From an uncultured Bacilli bacterium (lineage in GTDB: Bacteria > Bacillota_I > Bacilli_A > RF39 > UBA660): a DNA stretch of 64,000 nt. The stretch is from contig CAJTZC010000008.1 in the NCBI GenBank assembly GCA_910583745.1, positions 5,785 through 69,784 of the forward strand, in the 5' to 3' direction. How positions within the stretch are numbered: the first letter of the stretch is position 1; every line of letters starts with the position of its first letter. The position numbers were made by a program, and so were the translations under genes. Under the pieces are notes generated by a model. The model ran no database searches. It had not been told where the DNA came from and saw only the letters and a program-made list of their open reading frames with translations. This document shows, piece after piece, positions 8,807-18,151 of the stretch.

Positions 8807-9906
8807 TTAAAAAATTCCTTTACTTTATCCCAAAAGCTTTTAGGCTTCTCTAATTTTTCTGCATAGATGTTCACTCTCTTGTATTCCACTCCATTCAATG
8901 TGATGGCCATCGTTCCGACTATCCTCGTACCATACCACTCTTCGCTTGTATCTTGGTACAATTCCACTTCTCTTTTCACGTTCTTTTTCTCGTCTTTTTT
9001 TAAAAGCATCGAGAAGGATGACGTCGTATAGACCCTATAGCCATTTTTGTACTTTATTTTGAGGTTGTCCTTATCTATCAAAGTATATTTTTTATACATC
9101 TCAAAATACTTTTCGTAGAGATTTTTGTGCGTATCGAACCGGTCTCCGTCGACAAAGGTTGCAATGACTAAATTTTTCCCGTCCTTCGTCGCGGCTGAGA
9201 CGAAAGTGTGTTTTGCACGGGTCGTATACCCTATCTTCCCTCCAGTCGCATACTTATAGTCCGTGATGAGCCTATTCTTATTGAACCATTCGTACGTCCC
9301 AAAATTGGACTTCGCCACGTGCTTTGCTACCCCAGATATTTTGCGAAACTCTTCGTTATTCATCGCTTCCCGCATCAAAAGACACATGTCGTACACTGTG
9401 CTGCGGTTCTCGTTTTGCTCGTCGAGACCGTGTGGATTGGAAAACGTCGTATCGTGCATACCGATCATCAGAGCCGTATCGTTCATCAGTTTGACGAATC
9501 CCTCCACACTTCCTGCAGTATATTTTGCAAGCACCAAAGCTGCGTCGTTTCCACTTCGGAGCATGAGCCCATACAATAAATCTTCGACTGTAAATTTTTC
9601 CTGTGGTTTCAAGTATATAGAACTTCCATAGGCTTCTAAAATCTCTTCCCCGGCGACGACTTCCTCTTTTATATCGACATTGTTCAAAACGACCAAAGCT
9701 GTCATAATTTTCGTCGTCGACGCGATTAAATAACGGGAATCTTTGTCGTGGCTATAGAGCACTCTTCCACTGTCGGCATCCATGACTAAGGCGGCACTAT
9801 AACCTTTCACGTTTACTACTGATAAAATTACACAGACACAAAAAAATATCACTTTCTTCATATAAATCACTATTAGATTATATGAAACGGGTGATATTTT
9901 TATCAT
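8800..9906 (-). CDS. dacB: D-alanyl-D-alanine carboxypeptidase (DacB/PBP5*-like, S11 family)
   Basis: SxxK (STTKIMT), SGND and K(T/I)G (GKIGYT) motifs. A signal-peptide-like MKKVIFFCVCVIL suggests the true start may be ATG 9861. Overlaps the spmA start by 7 nt. Confidence 0.85.
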   Translation of the reverse strand: MIKISPVSYNLIVIYMKKVIFFCVCVILSVVNVKGYSAALVMDADSGRVLYSHDKDSRYLIASTTKIMTALVVLNNVDIKEEVVAGEEILEAYGSSIYLKPQEKFTVEDLLYGLMLRSGNDAALVLAKYTAGSVEGFVKLMNDTALMIGMHDTTFSNPHGLDEQNENRSTVYDMCLLMREAMNNEEFRKISGVAKHVAKSNFGTYEWFNKNRLITDYKYATGGKIGYTTRAKHTFVSAATKDGKNLVIATFVDGDRFDTHKNLYEKYFEMYKKYTLIDKDNLKIKYKNGYRVYTTSSFSMLLKKDEKKNVKREVELYQDTSEEWYGTRIVGTMAITLNGVEYKRVNIYAEKLEKPKSFWDKVKEFFKW

Positions 9907-9925
9907 CGTGTTTTTAAGAATCCGA

Positions 9926-12349
9926 TTAGTCGACGTCGTTTCTAGATAATATCTGTGCTGGAGTCTTTTTAATCGTCTGTCTTATAGGCATCAATCCTAC
10001 AAAGGCATTGAAAGCATAGACTAACACGATACTGATTAATACGACGCGAGCATCGACGACGAACATACTCTGGAAGAACGATATCTTTGTCACTTCGTTT
10101 AGTATTGAACTCATGAATAAGATACCTGTCACCCCTGTAATGGTCGTGATGACGAGAATTTCTCCTAAGAACATCTTATAGATGTCGGCTTTTTTAACTC
10201 CGATGGCTCTATATATACCGACTTCTTTAATTCTCGAAAGGAACGAAGCTCTTATCATCAAGAATATCTCGACAAAAGAGATGGTCAAAAGTACACCTGA
10301 GACGATTAAAGATTGTATGATGCTATCTTTTAGTTTTCTTATGTATTTGTCTTTTAAAACTTGATAATTGTCTTGTGCATTATAACCTAGACTTCGAAGT
10401 TCCTCGATGGTACTCATTTTATTTTTGGCATAAATCATCATGCCAGAAGATTCGACGATGGTGTCGTATTTAAATGTGTTTGCGCTGACGTAGTATTTGT
10501 TCGCCATTTTCGAGTCGGCACTGTAATATCCGACGACTTTTAACTTGTGATTGTTTACCATTTTATCGATTGTCTTATTGAGAGGGTACGCGTCTTTCAA
10601 ACTGTAGTCGATGACGACTTCATAATCGTTCAACGGCGCTCTACCTCTTTTTAACTTAAAGCTCTCGCCTCTAAAATCGTAATTCTGTAGGTTATTCTCA
10701 CTCGTGTATACATCGCCTTTTGAAGAAGCGATGAGTTCCATCAAATAACTCTCATCTAAGAAAATGCAAGGATTGTTCGTATCGACGAGGCCAACTATAG
10801 TGAGCGACAAATCGTCTGGATTGGCTTTATAGAGAGTTTTTCCAATTAAATCCTCCGGATTCTTTATGCCGAGCATTTGAAATTGTATCTCTTCCTTTAA
10901 AAAACTTTCTGCGATGGAGATGTCGATGACGACTTCTCTTGCGTTTTCTGGCAATCTGCCGAACTTTATTTCTTCTGGTTTTAGAATTTTTGTACTCGCT
11001 GCAGCGAGATTCAACTGTAGACCTTTGTCACTCAACTGATAAAGCACTTCATTTCTAAAGGTAAATGTTAAATTGGAATCTCCCGGTAAGACGTAATCGA
11101 TGGATGCAAGGTTTTCTATATTTAAATAATCTTCAAGTACATTCTTATTATTTTCTATTTTGATGTAATCTCTATGGGTAAATAAGAAATTGCTCTCTTT
11201 TATCGTCGTGACTCCAAATATAGATGATACGGCATAGACGATGAACATAGCAGAGACGAAGAACCCGAAGAGAAGTACCTTTTTCATTATCGTATAACTT
11301 GCTAGCTTTTTAAAGCCCGTATGCAACATTGAAAAGAAATTGAAAATCGAAGTGTAGCGAAGTTTGTTCTTCGAGTTGTCGAGCATGTTCGCATCGAATT
11401 TATTATTCTCATAATCTTCTTTCGAGATTTTTTTATAGTGGTCATCGACGAATTCGATGCCGGATTCTTCGTCGACGACTTCTATTTTATTATTCTGTAA
11501 ACTCTTGATATAGATATTTCCATTTTTTACGACGATGTCGAGTTTTAACTTTTCTTTTTTATCTGCATAGATGTTGATGTCCGCTTCATTTCCTTTTAAA
11601 GTGTTGCAATGCTCAAAATCTTTGAGATATATCTTGTTGTCTATTCTGTAGTCTAACTCGTTTTCGTGTTCGTTCACGTAGTCATCTGTTATCTTTCCAT
11701 CTTCGATTTCGATGATTCTTGAAGCGTAGAAGTGTGCCAAATCTTTCTCATGCGTGACCAAGATGACCAGTTTTTCTTGAGAGATGGCTTTGATGATGTT
11801 CATAATCTCGATGGTGTTCTTCGAATCGAGATTTCCTGTCGGCTCGTCAGCGATGATGACCTCAGGATTTTTGACGAGGGCTCTTGCGATGCCGACGCGC
11901 TGTCTTTGCCCACCAGACAGCATGCCTGCTGGCTTATTTCTATAGCGATACATTCCGACGGCTTCTAAGATAAAATCCACTCTCTTTTTGATAGCAAATC
12001 TGTTTTTGATTCCTATCATTTTCAAAGACAGGGCGACGTTTTCGTAAACAGTCAAATTGTCTAAAAGGTTATAATTCTGAAAGATGTAGCCTATATTTAG
12101 AACTCGCATCTTATCCTTTTTAGTCGAACCTATCCTAGGCATCTTCTTGCCGTTTATAAAAATTTGACCAGAGTTGACTTTGTCGAGACCTCCTATCGCG
12201 TTTAACAGAGTCGTCTTTCCGCATCCAGAAGGCCCTAGAAGTGCGACGAGTCCCGTATCTTCGAGTACGAGCGACGTATCATTTATGACATGGATTTCAT
12301 TTTTTTTATGACGATTGTAATATTTATTGACGTTTTTAAGCGTTATCAT
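9926..12349 (-). CDS. Fused ABC transporter ATPase plus FtsX/MacB-type permease
   Basis: Walker A GPSGCGKTT, signature LSGGQRQRVGIARAL, Walker B IIADEPT. Then a TM helix, a ~300-aa extracytoplasmic domain and three C-terminal TM helices. Confidence 0.9.
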   Translation of the reverse strand: MITLKNVNKYYNRHKKNEIHVINDTSLVLEDTGLVALLGPSGCGKTTLLNAIGGLDKVNSGQIFINGKKMPRIGSTKKDKMRVLNIGYIFQNYNLLDNLTVYENVALSLKMIGIKNRFAIKKRVDFILEAVGMYRYRNKPAGMLSGGQRQRVGIARALVKNPEVIIADEPTGNLDSKNTIEIMNIIKAISQEKLVILVTHEKDLAHFYASRIIEIEDGKITDDYVNEHENELDYRIDNKIYLKDFEHCNTLKGNEADINIYADKKEKLKLDIVVKNGNIYIKSLQNNKIEVVDEESGIEFVDDHYKKISKEDYENNKFDANMLDNSKNKLRYTSIFNFFSMLHTGFKKLASYTIMKKVLLFGFFVSAMFIVYAVSSIFGVTTIKESNFLFTHRDYIKIENNKNVLEDYLNIENLASIDYVLPGDSNLTFTFRNEVLYQLSDKGLQLNLAAASTKILKPEEIKFGRLPENAREVVIDISIAESFLKEEIQFQMLGIKNPEDLIGKTLYKANPDDLSLTIVGLVDTNNPCIFLDESYLMELIASSKGDVYTSENNLQNYDFRGESFKLKRGRAPLNDYEVVIDYSLKDAYPLNKTIDKMVNNHKLKVVGYYSADSKMANKYYVSANTFKYDTIVESSGMMIYAKNKMSTIEELRSLGYNAQDNYQVLKDKYIRKLKDSIIQSLIVSGVLLTISFVEIFLMIRASFLSRIKEVGIYRAIGVKKADIYKMFLGEILVITTITGVTGILFMSSILNEVTKISFFQSMFVVDARVVLISIVLVYAFNAFVGLMPIRQTIKKTPAQILSRNDVD

Positions 12350-12352
12350 CCA

Positions 12353-14560
12353 TTACACTTCCTCTCTATAAGTATTCATCGCTGAATCTTTGAACAATTT
12401 CTTTGCATATCGATTCGAAATCAACATACTCATCAATATCAAGATGACATAGACGGCGACATAATCTTTTAAGGTAAAATACGTGACCAAATCGTTTATG
12501 TATTCCATGTTGACAACTCCACTCGTCGCGAAGAGGACGAGGGCGAGGAAGACGAGATAAGCGATGTTGATGTCGACGAACAATTCGATGTTTAAAAGCT
12601 GTTTTGAAATCTTTTTCGTCGACCCGAGTATACGAATAGTAGAGAAATAGACATTTCTAGATTTTAATATAATTTTGATGATAAAATAACTGATAAAGAA
12701 CAGGGCGACGGTTGCGATGATAAACACGACGTTTCTGAAAATTCTCAAAATTCCCATCGCCTCTTTGGAAGGATTCGCGAGCGAGTCTTTTATGTAAAAT
12801 GTCTCAAAACCCATTGCTCGTATCTGTTCGACCGTCGAATCTCCAATTTTCAGGTCGTCTATAAAGACACTGACTTGATAATTTCCCTTTAAAAATAGAT
12901 TTTTATAATCGTTTTCGCTGATAAATATCGTATTCGAATCTTGTTCATAATTCGTCAGGCCTGTCACATTTTTAAAATTGTCTTTATTGAATACTTTTCT
13001 CACGGTCAAAGGAATCGAATCTTCATAATACAAATTTTGTACACCGACCTCTATTTTTTTATTTAGGCATTGGTAGTAGCTGCAGTACATGTTAAAATTG
13101 CTCGGTACAAATGCTTTCCCATCGGGAACATTTGCATTGCTCTTGAGGGTAAAGTACATATCGTATCCGTCGTTTTTATACGTTTTATTGTTCATCTTTA
13201 AAGACAACTTGTTGTAATTCACATTCAAAGAAATCTTTATCTTTTCCATGATTGCGTCGGATACATAGATGACAGTATCGTCGAAATTCGTATACTCTTC
13301 CTCTTTTAGTATCTTTATTCCCGAAATTTTTACTTTGCCAAGTGAGTCAATGTCATAGACCTTTTTGAATATTTCTTCACCATAAGTATCGACATAATAC
13401 GAGAATATACCTTCTGTCACGACGACTTCATCGTCATTTTCGGGTTTTCTACCCATGTCGACTCGATCGAGTTCTCTCCAACTTCTAAATTTACCTTGAA
13501 AAAAGATGCTGTCATTATAAACTGAGCCCCATGAATCGAGGAGCAAATCCTCTTTCTCTACCCTTTTGACATTCTCTACATTTTCGAGCGACTTCACTTC
13601 TTCTTCGGTAAAGACGCTCTTATCTTTCTTTGTCAAAATCACCCTCTCTGGGTCTTGTTCACGAAAGTAATCATTGTATCCTTCTAGAGCTTCTTCGTAG
13701 GTCATCTTAGATAAACCTGAATACTCAGAAAATACTAAAAACGTTAAAAAGAAGTAGACGAAGAATAGAAGGACAAATTTCGTCTTGATGTTGAACGAAT
13801 TCCTCATTCCTAGACGTATCTTGTTGAACCAAGTTAAATCTTCATACTTTACCAATTTCGGTTCGACTGGCTCATAGGAATCGATTTTTTTATCTTCGAT
13901 GATATGCCCATCGTTCATCGAAATCTTTCGCGTCGCATACTCCTCGACTTGCTCGTAGTTGTGTGTGACGATGACGACGAGTTTTTCTTTGGATATATCT
14001 TTCAAAAGTTTCATGATGCTTTTGGCACTTTTGACATCCAAATTTCCCGTCGGTTCATCGGCGACGATGACCGGTGTATCTTTTGCAAGAGCTCTCGCGA
14101 TGGCGACTCTCTGCTTTTGTCCTCCTGACAGCTTCGAAGCCTTCGTATTTTTATATTTTGTCAACCCCACTGTCTTGATGACTTCCAAAACTTTTTCTCT
14201 ACATTCTCGTCTCTTATACCCATTTAAAAGCAATACCAACTCTATATTTTGGTAGACAGTATAGCTGTTTACTAGGTTAAAGTTTTGAAATATATTTCCT
14301 ATATATTTGCGGCGATAGTTCTCATAATCGACCTCCGTGTAGTGACTCGTCTCTTCGCCATTGATATACATTTCGCCTTCTTCATAAGAATCCAGCCCCG
14401 AGATGACATTCAACAGTGTCGACTTTCCACTTCCAGATTCGCCTGTGAATACGACGAATTCCCCCATATCGATATCGAGAGAGATTCTCGAAAATCCCGT
14501 CGATATCGTCTTCTTATTATAATAGAATTTCGATACATTCTTTAATTTGATAAAACTCAT
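12353..14560 (-). CDS. Fused ABC transporter ATPase plus FtsX/MacB-type permease (paralogous partner)
   Basis: Walker A GESGSGKST, signature LSGGQKQRVAIARAL, Walker B IVADEPT, and the same topology as the downstream gene. Separated from it by 3 nt. Confidence 0.9.
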   Translation of the reverse strand: MSFIKLKNVSKFYYNKKTISTGFSRISLDIDMGEFVVFTGESGSGKSTLLNVISGLDSYEEGEMYINGEETSHYTEVDYENYRRKYIGNIFQNFNLVNSYTVYQNIELVLLLNGYKRRECREKVLEVIKTVGLTKYKNTKASKLSGGQKQRVAIARALAKDTPVIVADEPTGNLDVKSAKSIMKLLKDISKEKLVVIVTHNYEQVEEYATRKISMNDGHIIEDKKIDSYEPVEPKLVKYEDLTWFNKIRLGMRNSFNIKTKFVLLFFVYFFLTFLVFSEYSGLSKMTYEEALEGYNDYFREQDPERVILTKKDKSVFTEEEVKSLENVENVKRVEKEDLLLDSWGSVYNDSIFFQGKFRSWRELDRVDMGRKPENDDEVVVTEGIFSYYVDTYGEEIFKKVYDIDSLGKVKISGIKILKEEEYTNFDDTVIYVSDAIMEKIKISLNVNYNKLSLKMNNKTYKNDGYDMYFTLKSNANVPDGKAFVPSNFNMYCSYYQCLNKKIEVGVQNLYYEDSIPLTVRKVFNKDNFKNVTGLTNYEQDSNTIFISENDYKNLFLKGNYQVSVFIDDLKIGDSTVEQIRAMGFETFYIKDSLANPSKEAMGILRIFRNVVFIIATVALFFISYFIIKIILKSRNVYFSTIRILGSTKKISKQLLNIELFVDINIAYLVFLALVLFATSGVVNMEYINDLVTYFTLKDYVAVYVILILMSMLISNRYAKKLFKDSAMNTYREEV

Positions 14561-14665
14561 AAAAATTCTCCTTTCCTAAGTATATCTTACAAATTCGTTT
14601 GCATAATCCCATCAAGTCAATTTAACTATACCACGTCTAAAACGCGATTGCAACTCGCAAAAAAG

Positions 14666-14770
14666 TCGTTTTTGTATGACAAAAATTTATTTTTTGCACG
14701 GTTTTTGTGCAAAAATAGCAAATCTCTCGGACAAATGAACATTTTTGCACGGTTTTTGATACAAAAAAAG
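14666..14770. repeat. Palindrome-rich intergenic repeat, copy B
   Basis: TTTTTG-tatga-CAAAAA, TTTTTGCAC-ggttttt-GTGCAAAAA and TTTTTGCACGGTTTTTGATACAAAAA. Homologous to the reverse complement of 7532-7627. Confidence 0.75.
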
Positions 14771-14796
14771 AAATTTCGTACAGAAACTTCTTTTGC

Positions 14797-14898
14797 TCAT
14801 TTTGCCTTGATAATCGTCGTGATAACGATGAGAGCAAACAATCCTATCACTGCGAGTATTGCTAGCACTTCAGACAGCGTCATTCCCTTTTTGTTCAT
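14797..14898 (-). CDS. 33-codon prepilin-like mini-ORF (class III signal peptide plus a single hydrophobic helix)
   Basis: Not in the ORF track. RBS GGGAGAG lies 5 nt before ATG 14898. MNKKG/MTLSEVLAILAVIGLFALIVITTIIKAK has Gly at -1, Glu at +5 and a hydrophobic helix, as in type IV (pseudo)pilin N-termini. TGA stop at 14797-14799, directly abutting repeat copy B. Confidence 0.5.
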   Translation of the reverse strand: MNKKGMTLSEVLAILAVIGLFALIVITTIIKAK

Positions 14899-14916
14899 CT
14901 TGTCTCTCCCTTTTTA

Positions 14917-15636
14917 CTAACAGTGTCCGTCGCAGACCGCGTCTTCTGTCTTTTTAATCATCTCTTTAAAAAGCTTTTCTAAGTCTTCAATCTGTTTTTT
15001 CGATAACGCGTCGAATGCCGTTTGATTTTTTTCTAATTTTACAGGACTCGTCACGGCCTCTTTTACTACGCCATCTTTTACAACGGCGACGAGAGGGACA
15101 TACATTCTTTTTTCTCCCGTTTTGTATTCTTTCTCGCTTCCCTCTTCTTTGACAGTATATTCGTCGAGGTATTCGTCTAAGATGTCTAACAATTTATAGT
15201 ATTCTTCACTGGCATCCTTCGTCTTGACTGCTTTTTTATCTTCGACGACGAACGTGTCTCTCTTCTCTGTCATGTCTACATAAAGAATCTTATCCAATTT
15301 GGATTCTTGTACGACGTCCAAAAGTGTCGGAAGTATTCCCCTGCACCAAGGACAATTCGGAAATCCAAAGTAAATGATACCCGTTCCTTCTTCTAAGAAT
15401 TCGACAGCTTCATTTAAATCGGCATAGTTTACCTTATTGTTTTCGTCCAAGTCTAACGTTTGATAGACACTATCTCCATAGGCCGTCTCGCCGTTTAGGG
15501 CTTCATATTCTCTTTTAAACTTCATCGCATCGGTCTCGACAGAATCTTTTTTATCACTGCACAGATAGATTCCGAATCCAGCTGCGACGACCACGACGAC
15601 GAACAATATAACTATAAGTATTTTCTTTTTGTCCAA
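14917..15636 (-). CDS. Membrane-anchored thioredoxin-fold protein (CPWC active site)
   Basis: TTG start with RBS GGAGGTG inside the end of frr. N-terminal TM helix. GIIYFGFPNCPWCRGILP is a thioredoxin-like CxxC context. The C-terminus ends CDGHC. Confidence 0.7.
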   Translation of the reverse strand: MDKKKILIVILFVVVVVAAGFGIYLCSDKKDSVETDAMKFKREYEALNGETAYGDSVYQTLDLDENNKVNYADLNEAVEFLEEGTGIIYFGFPNCPWCRGILPTLLDVVQESKLDKILYVDMTEKRDTFVVEDKKAVKTKDASEEYYKLLDILDEYLDEYTVKEEGSEKEYKTGEKRMYVPLVAVVKDGVVKEAVTSPVKLEKNQTAFDALSKKQIEDLEKLFKEMIKKTEDAVCDGHC

Positions 15637-15639
15637 GAC

Positions 15640-16179
15640 TTACACCTCCATCAGTTCTTTTTCTTTTTCGCGAATCTTATCGTCGACTAATTTATTGTAT
15701 TTATTAATCAACTCTTGGATATCCTCTAAGAGGGCCTTCTCTTGGTCTTCTGGAAGTTCATCGGCTTTGACTTTATTGTTGCCATCTTGCCTTATATTTC
15801 TGAGTGCAACCTTCGCATCTTCGCCCATGCTCTTCGCCTGTTTGACATATTCTCTTCTTCGGTCTTCTGTAAGTTCTGGCAAAGTAAGAATAATCATCTC
15901 TCCATTGTTCGTCGGATTGATGCCTAAATTTGCCTCTTGAATCGCGTGCTCTATGTCTTTCAATGTGCCTCTGTCAAAAGGCTTTACAAAGAGCTGACGT
16001 GCTTCAGGAACTGTGATGTTCGCGACACTCTGTATCGGAGTTGGCGTCCCGTAATAGTCTACGACGACGTTCGCGAGCATGTTCGGGTTTGCTCTCCCTG
16101 TTCTTACAGTCGTCAATCTCTTATCTAGAGTCTCCATCGTCTCTTCCATTTTAAACTCTATTTCATTCAAATAGTCCAT
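15640..16179 (-). CDS. frr: Ribosome recycling factor
   Basis: 179 aa. LTTVRTGRANPNML...VPEARQL...LPELTEDRRREYVKQAK match Frr. Confidence 0.95.
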   Translation of the reverse strand: MDYLNEIEFKMEETMETLDKRLTTVRTGRANPNMLANVVVDYYGTPTPIQSVANITVPEARQLFVKPFDRGTLKDIEHAIQEANLGINPTNNGEMIILTLPELTEDRRREYVKQAKSMGEDAKVALRNIRQDGNNKVKADELPEDQEKALLEDIQELINKYNKLVDDKIREKEKELMEV

Positions 16180-16272
16180 ATTTCAAAATTCACCTTTTCC
16201 TTAATAACATTATAATAGAAAAGGGGTTTTCTAGTCAATACCAAAAGAAAAATACGAGTTGTTCTCGCATTT

Positions 16273-17472
16273 CTAACCGTTTGCTTGTCTATCGATTGGC
16301 TTCATGACATGAGGTTTTTCATTGTCTTGAACAGAAGCTCTCTCTGAGTCGATTGTAACGCCAGAAGTGGAAACGACTTGACTACGCAATTCTTTCAATT
16401 TCGCTTCTTTTAGGAGTCTTAACTCTTCTTCACTCTCTGCTTTCAAAACAACTGTTTTTTCTCCTATTTGCACTTTTGAACAATAGAGGATTGGAAGTTC
16501 AATCACTTTCTTGCCTTCGACATCGATATAAGAAGAGTAGCCTTTTCCGCAGACAAAAGCGAGCCCATCACTGAATGAATTCGTCCAATCGTATTGACAA
16601 GGAATGACTTGGTTTCCTTCTTTGTCGATGAAACCAAATTTGCCGTTTGCGTACACTCGGCTTCTTCCACAATGAAAGTCCCCAATGTCATGAAAAGGCT
16701 TTCCTCTTAAAAATGCGCGCATATTTCCAAGTTTGTCAATAAAACCTATTATGTTTCCTTTCGCGAGCTCTATGACAGCCATGTCCTCACTAAAATCGGA
16801 GCCTTTGTCAAAAACAGGTGGAATCTGCATGTGAAAGTCGTGGTTCATATAACCGATCTTTCCTTCAAAACTTTCTATTCTAAACATGCCATTGTTACTA
16901 CTGTAAAAATTTTTAAAATTACTCGTCAATGCTGAGTTAAAATTTGTATTTATAATTCTCCAAACATTATCGCTTATCTTTATAATACTGAATCCTTCAC
17001 TAAAAGGTTTTATCCATTGCGAATTGTACGAGATAAATGTTCCGTCTTTATAAAAGAACTTTTCGCCAGTTGCTTTCTCCAAAACTCCAATTCCATCTGC
17101 ATATTTTTCAGCGTTTTGCCATTGATGTGGCTCAACGACAAAATTTCCAGTTTTATTGATATAACCTACATCGGCATAATCCATATTTGCCGCGATGGCT
17201 AAACCGTCTGAAAATGCATCGGCGCGACGGAATTGAGGTTTGATAACTCTTTTTCCTCTTGTATTGATATATCCCCATTTTCCTTTTACTTTTATCGCAG
17301 CCATGCCTTCACTAAAGTCTGTCGCGCTTTCAAATTGACACCGAATAACTTCTTTTCCCGTTTTATCGATATAACCATGAACCCCATCTTGGTTACTTAC
17401 GACTGCCAATCCTTCATGAAAATCGCCAGTACTTTTATATTTACAAATTACAAAATCATTAAAATAAAACAT
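16273..17472 (-). CDS. WG-repeat (KWG-type) containing protein
   Basis: Repeated F.EGLA.V..NGKWGYI(D/N)K.GK.VI units across the whole protein. Confidence 0.8.
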   Translation of the reverse strand: MFYFNDFVICKYKSTGDFHEGLAVVSNQDGVHGYIDKTGKEVIRCQFESATDFSEGMAAIKVKGKWGYINTRGKRVIKPQFRRADAFSDGLAIAANMDYADVGYINKTGNFVVEPHQWQNAEKYADGIGVLEKATGEKFFYKDGTFISYNSQWIKPFSEGFSIIKISDNVWRIINTNFNSALTSNFKNFYSSNNGMFRIESFEGKIGYMNHDFHMQIPPVFDKGSDFSEDMAVIELAKGNIIGFIDKLGNMRAFLRGKPFHDIGDFHCGRSRVYANGKFGFIDKEGNQVIPCQYDWTNSFSDGLAFVCGKGYSSYIDVEGKKVIELPILYCSKVQIGEKTVVLKAESEEELRLLKEAKLKELRSQVVSTSGVTIDSERASVQDNEKPHVMKPIDRQANG

Positions 17473-17582
17473 ATAAACCCTCTCTTTCGGTAATTACTAT
17501 TATACAAAACGTACTCTAAAAATCAAGAAAAACTCCCGTTTTCTCGAGAGTTTCGTGTTTATCTTCTTCTATTCTTCCTATT

Positions 17583-18011
17583 CTAAAGACACTCTACGCA
17601 AGTATCGTTCAAGCATCTTATCGAACAAACACAATCTAGGTTGATCGTAAAGAAACTGTTCGTACTCACATAAGGATATAATCCAGTATCTTCTGTATTA
17701 GGTGCTAATACCCTGAAAGTAGCAGCATTTCCATCCACTTTTTCTATTCTGAATACGCTTGAACACTCTGATGGATTTGAACAATTGACGATATCCTTGC
17801 TAATAGGCATAGAAATTGGAGTTTGGTTGCCCGCACAACAAGTGTATATAGTTATAGGTCTAGTGTTACATACACAACAAGTCGTTCCGCAACCGAGCAC
17901 TGGTCTGTCACATGAATCTAAGCAGCTTTCAGGACTTCCAGCGTTTTGCTGTAAAATCAAGATGACTTCTAATATTTCTCTGATGCCATTACATTCATTA
18001 TTGTTAGACAT
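17583..18011 (-). CDS. CotY/CotZ-family spore coat/exosporium-like cysteine-rich protein
   Basis: ATG 18011 has RBS GGGTGA. CNGIREILEVILILQQN..., NTRPITIY, SSVFRIEKVDGNAATFRVL and TINLDCVCSIRCLND follow the CotY/CotZ pattern as I recall it. Confidence 0.65.
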   Translation of the reverse strand: MSNNNECNGIREILEVILILQQNAGSPESCLDSCDRPVLGCGTTCCVCNTRPITIYTCCAGNQTPISMPISKDIVNCSNPSECSSVFRIEKVDGNAATFRVLAPNTEDTGLYPYVSTNSFFTINLDCVCSIRCLNDTCVECL

Positions 18012-18037
18012 AATATTCACCCTTTCATTATTCATTA

Positions 18038-18065
18038 TAATCTATGAGAAAGTCGCGACTTTCGT
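18038..18065 (-). promoter_or_regulatory. SigmaK-like promoter (AC-17 nt-CATAGATTA) upstream of the cotY/Z-like gene; the spacer holds a perfect 16-bp palindrome
   Basis: Minus strand reads cgcAC-gaaagtcgcgactttct-CATAGATTA, matching AC-N16-17-CATAnnnTA. GAAAGTCGCGACTTTC (18048-18063) is a perfect palindrome. Confidence 0.3.
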
Positions 18066-18151
18066 GCGTATATGAGATTAAAATTTTAACTTTATCCAAC
18101 ATTTAGTATATTTTTTAATCATTTTATTGTATAATGAACTAGGTGATATAG

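Noticed and set aside
14637-14920. ORFs 14637..14837 (-) and 14648..14920 (+) with repeated KTVQK or FFARFL segments.
   Set aside because: They translate the palindrome-rich intergenic repeat. There is no RBS, and the periodicity comes from the DNA repeat. The only credible coding unit there is the 33-codon ORF at 14797..14898.
17583-18011. The Cys-rich 142-aa product as a lanthipeptide or bacteriocin-like precursor.
   Set aside because: The overall pattern (CxxIxxILxxQ, NTRPxxxY, FRIExVD…FRVL, C-terminal CLxD) fits CotY/CotZ spore coat proteins. It is too long for a RiPP precursor, and no modification or export genes are adjacent.
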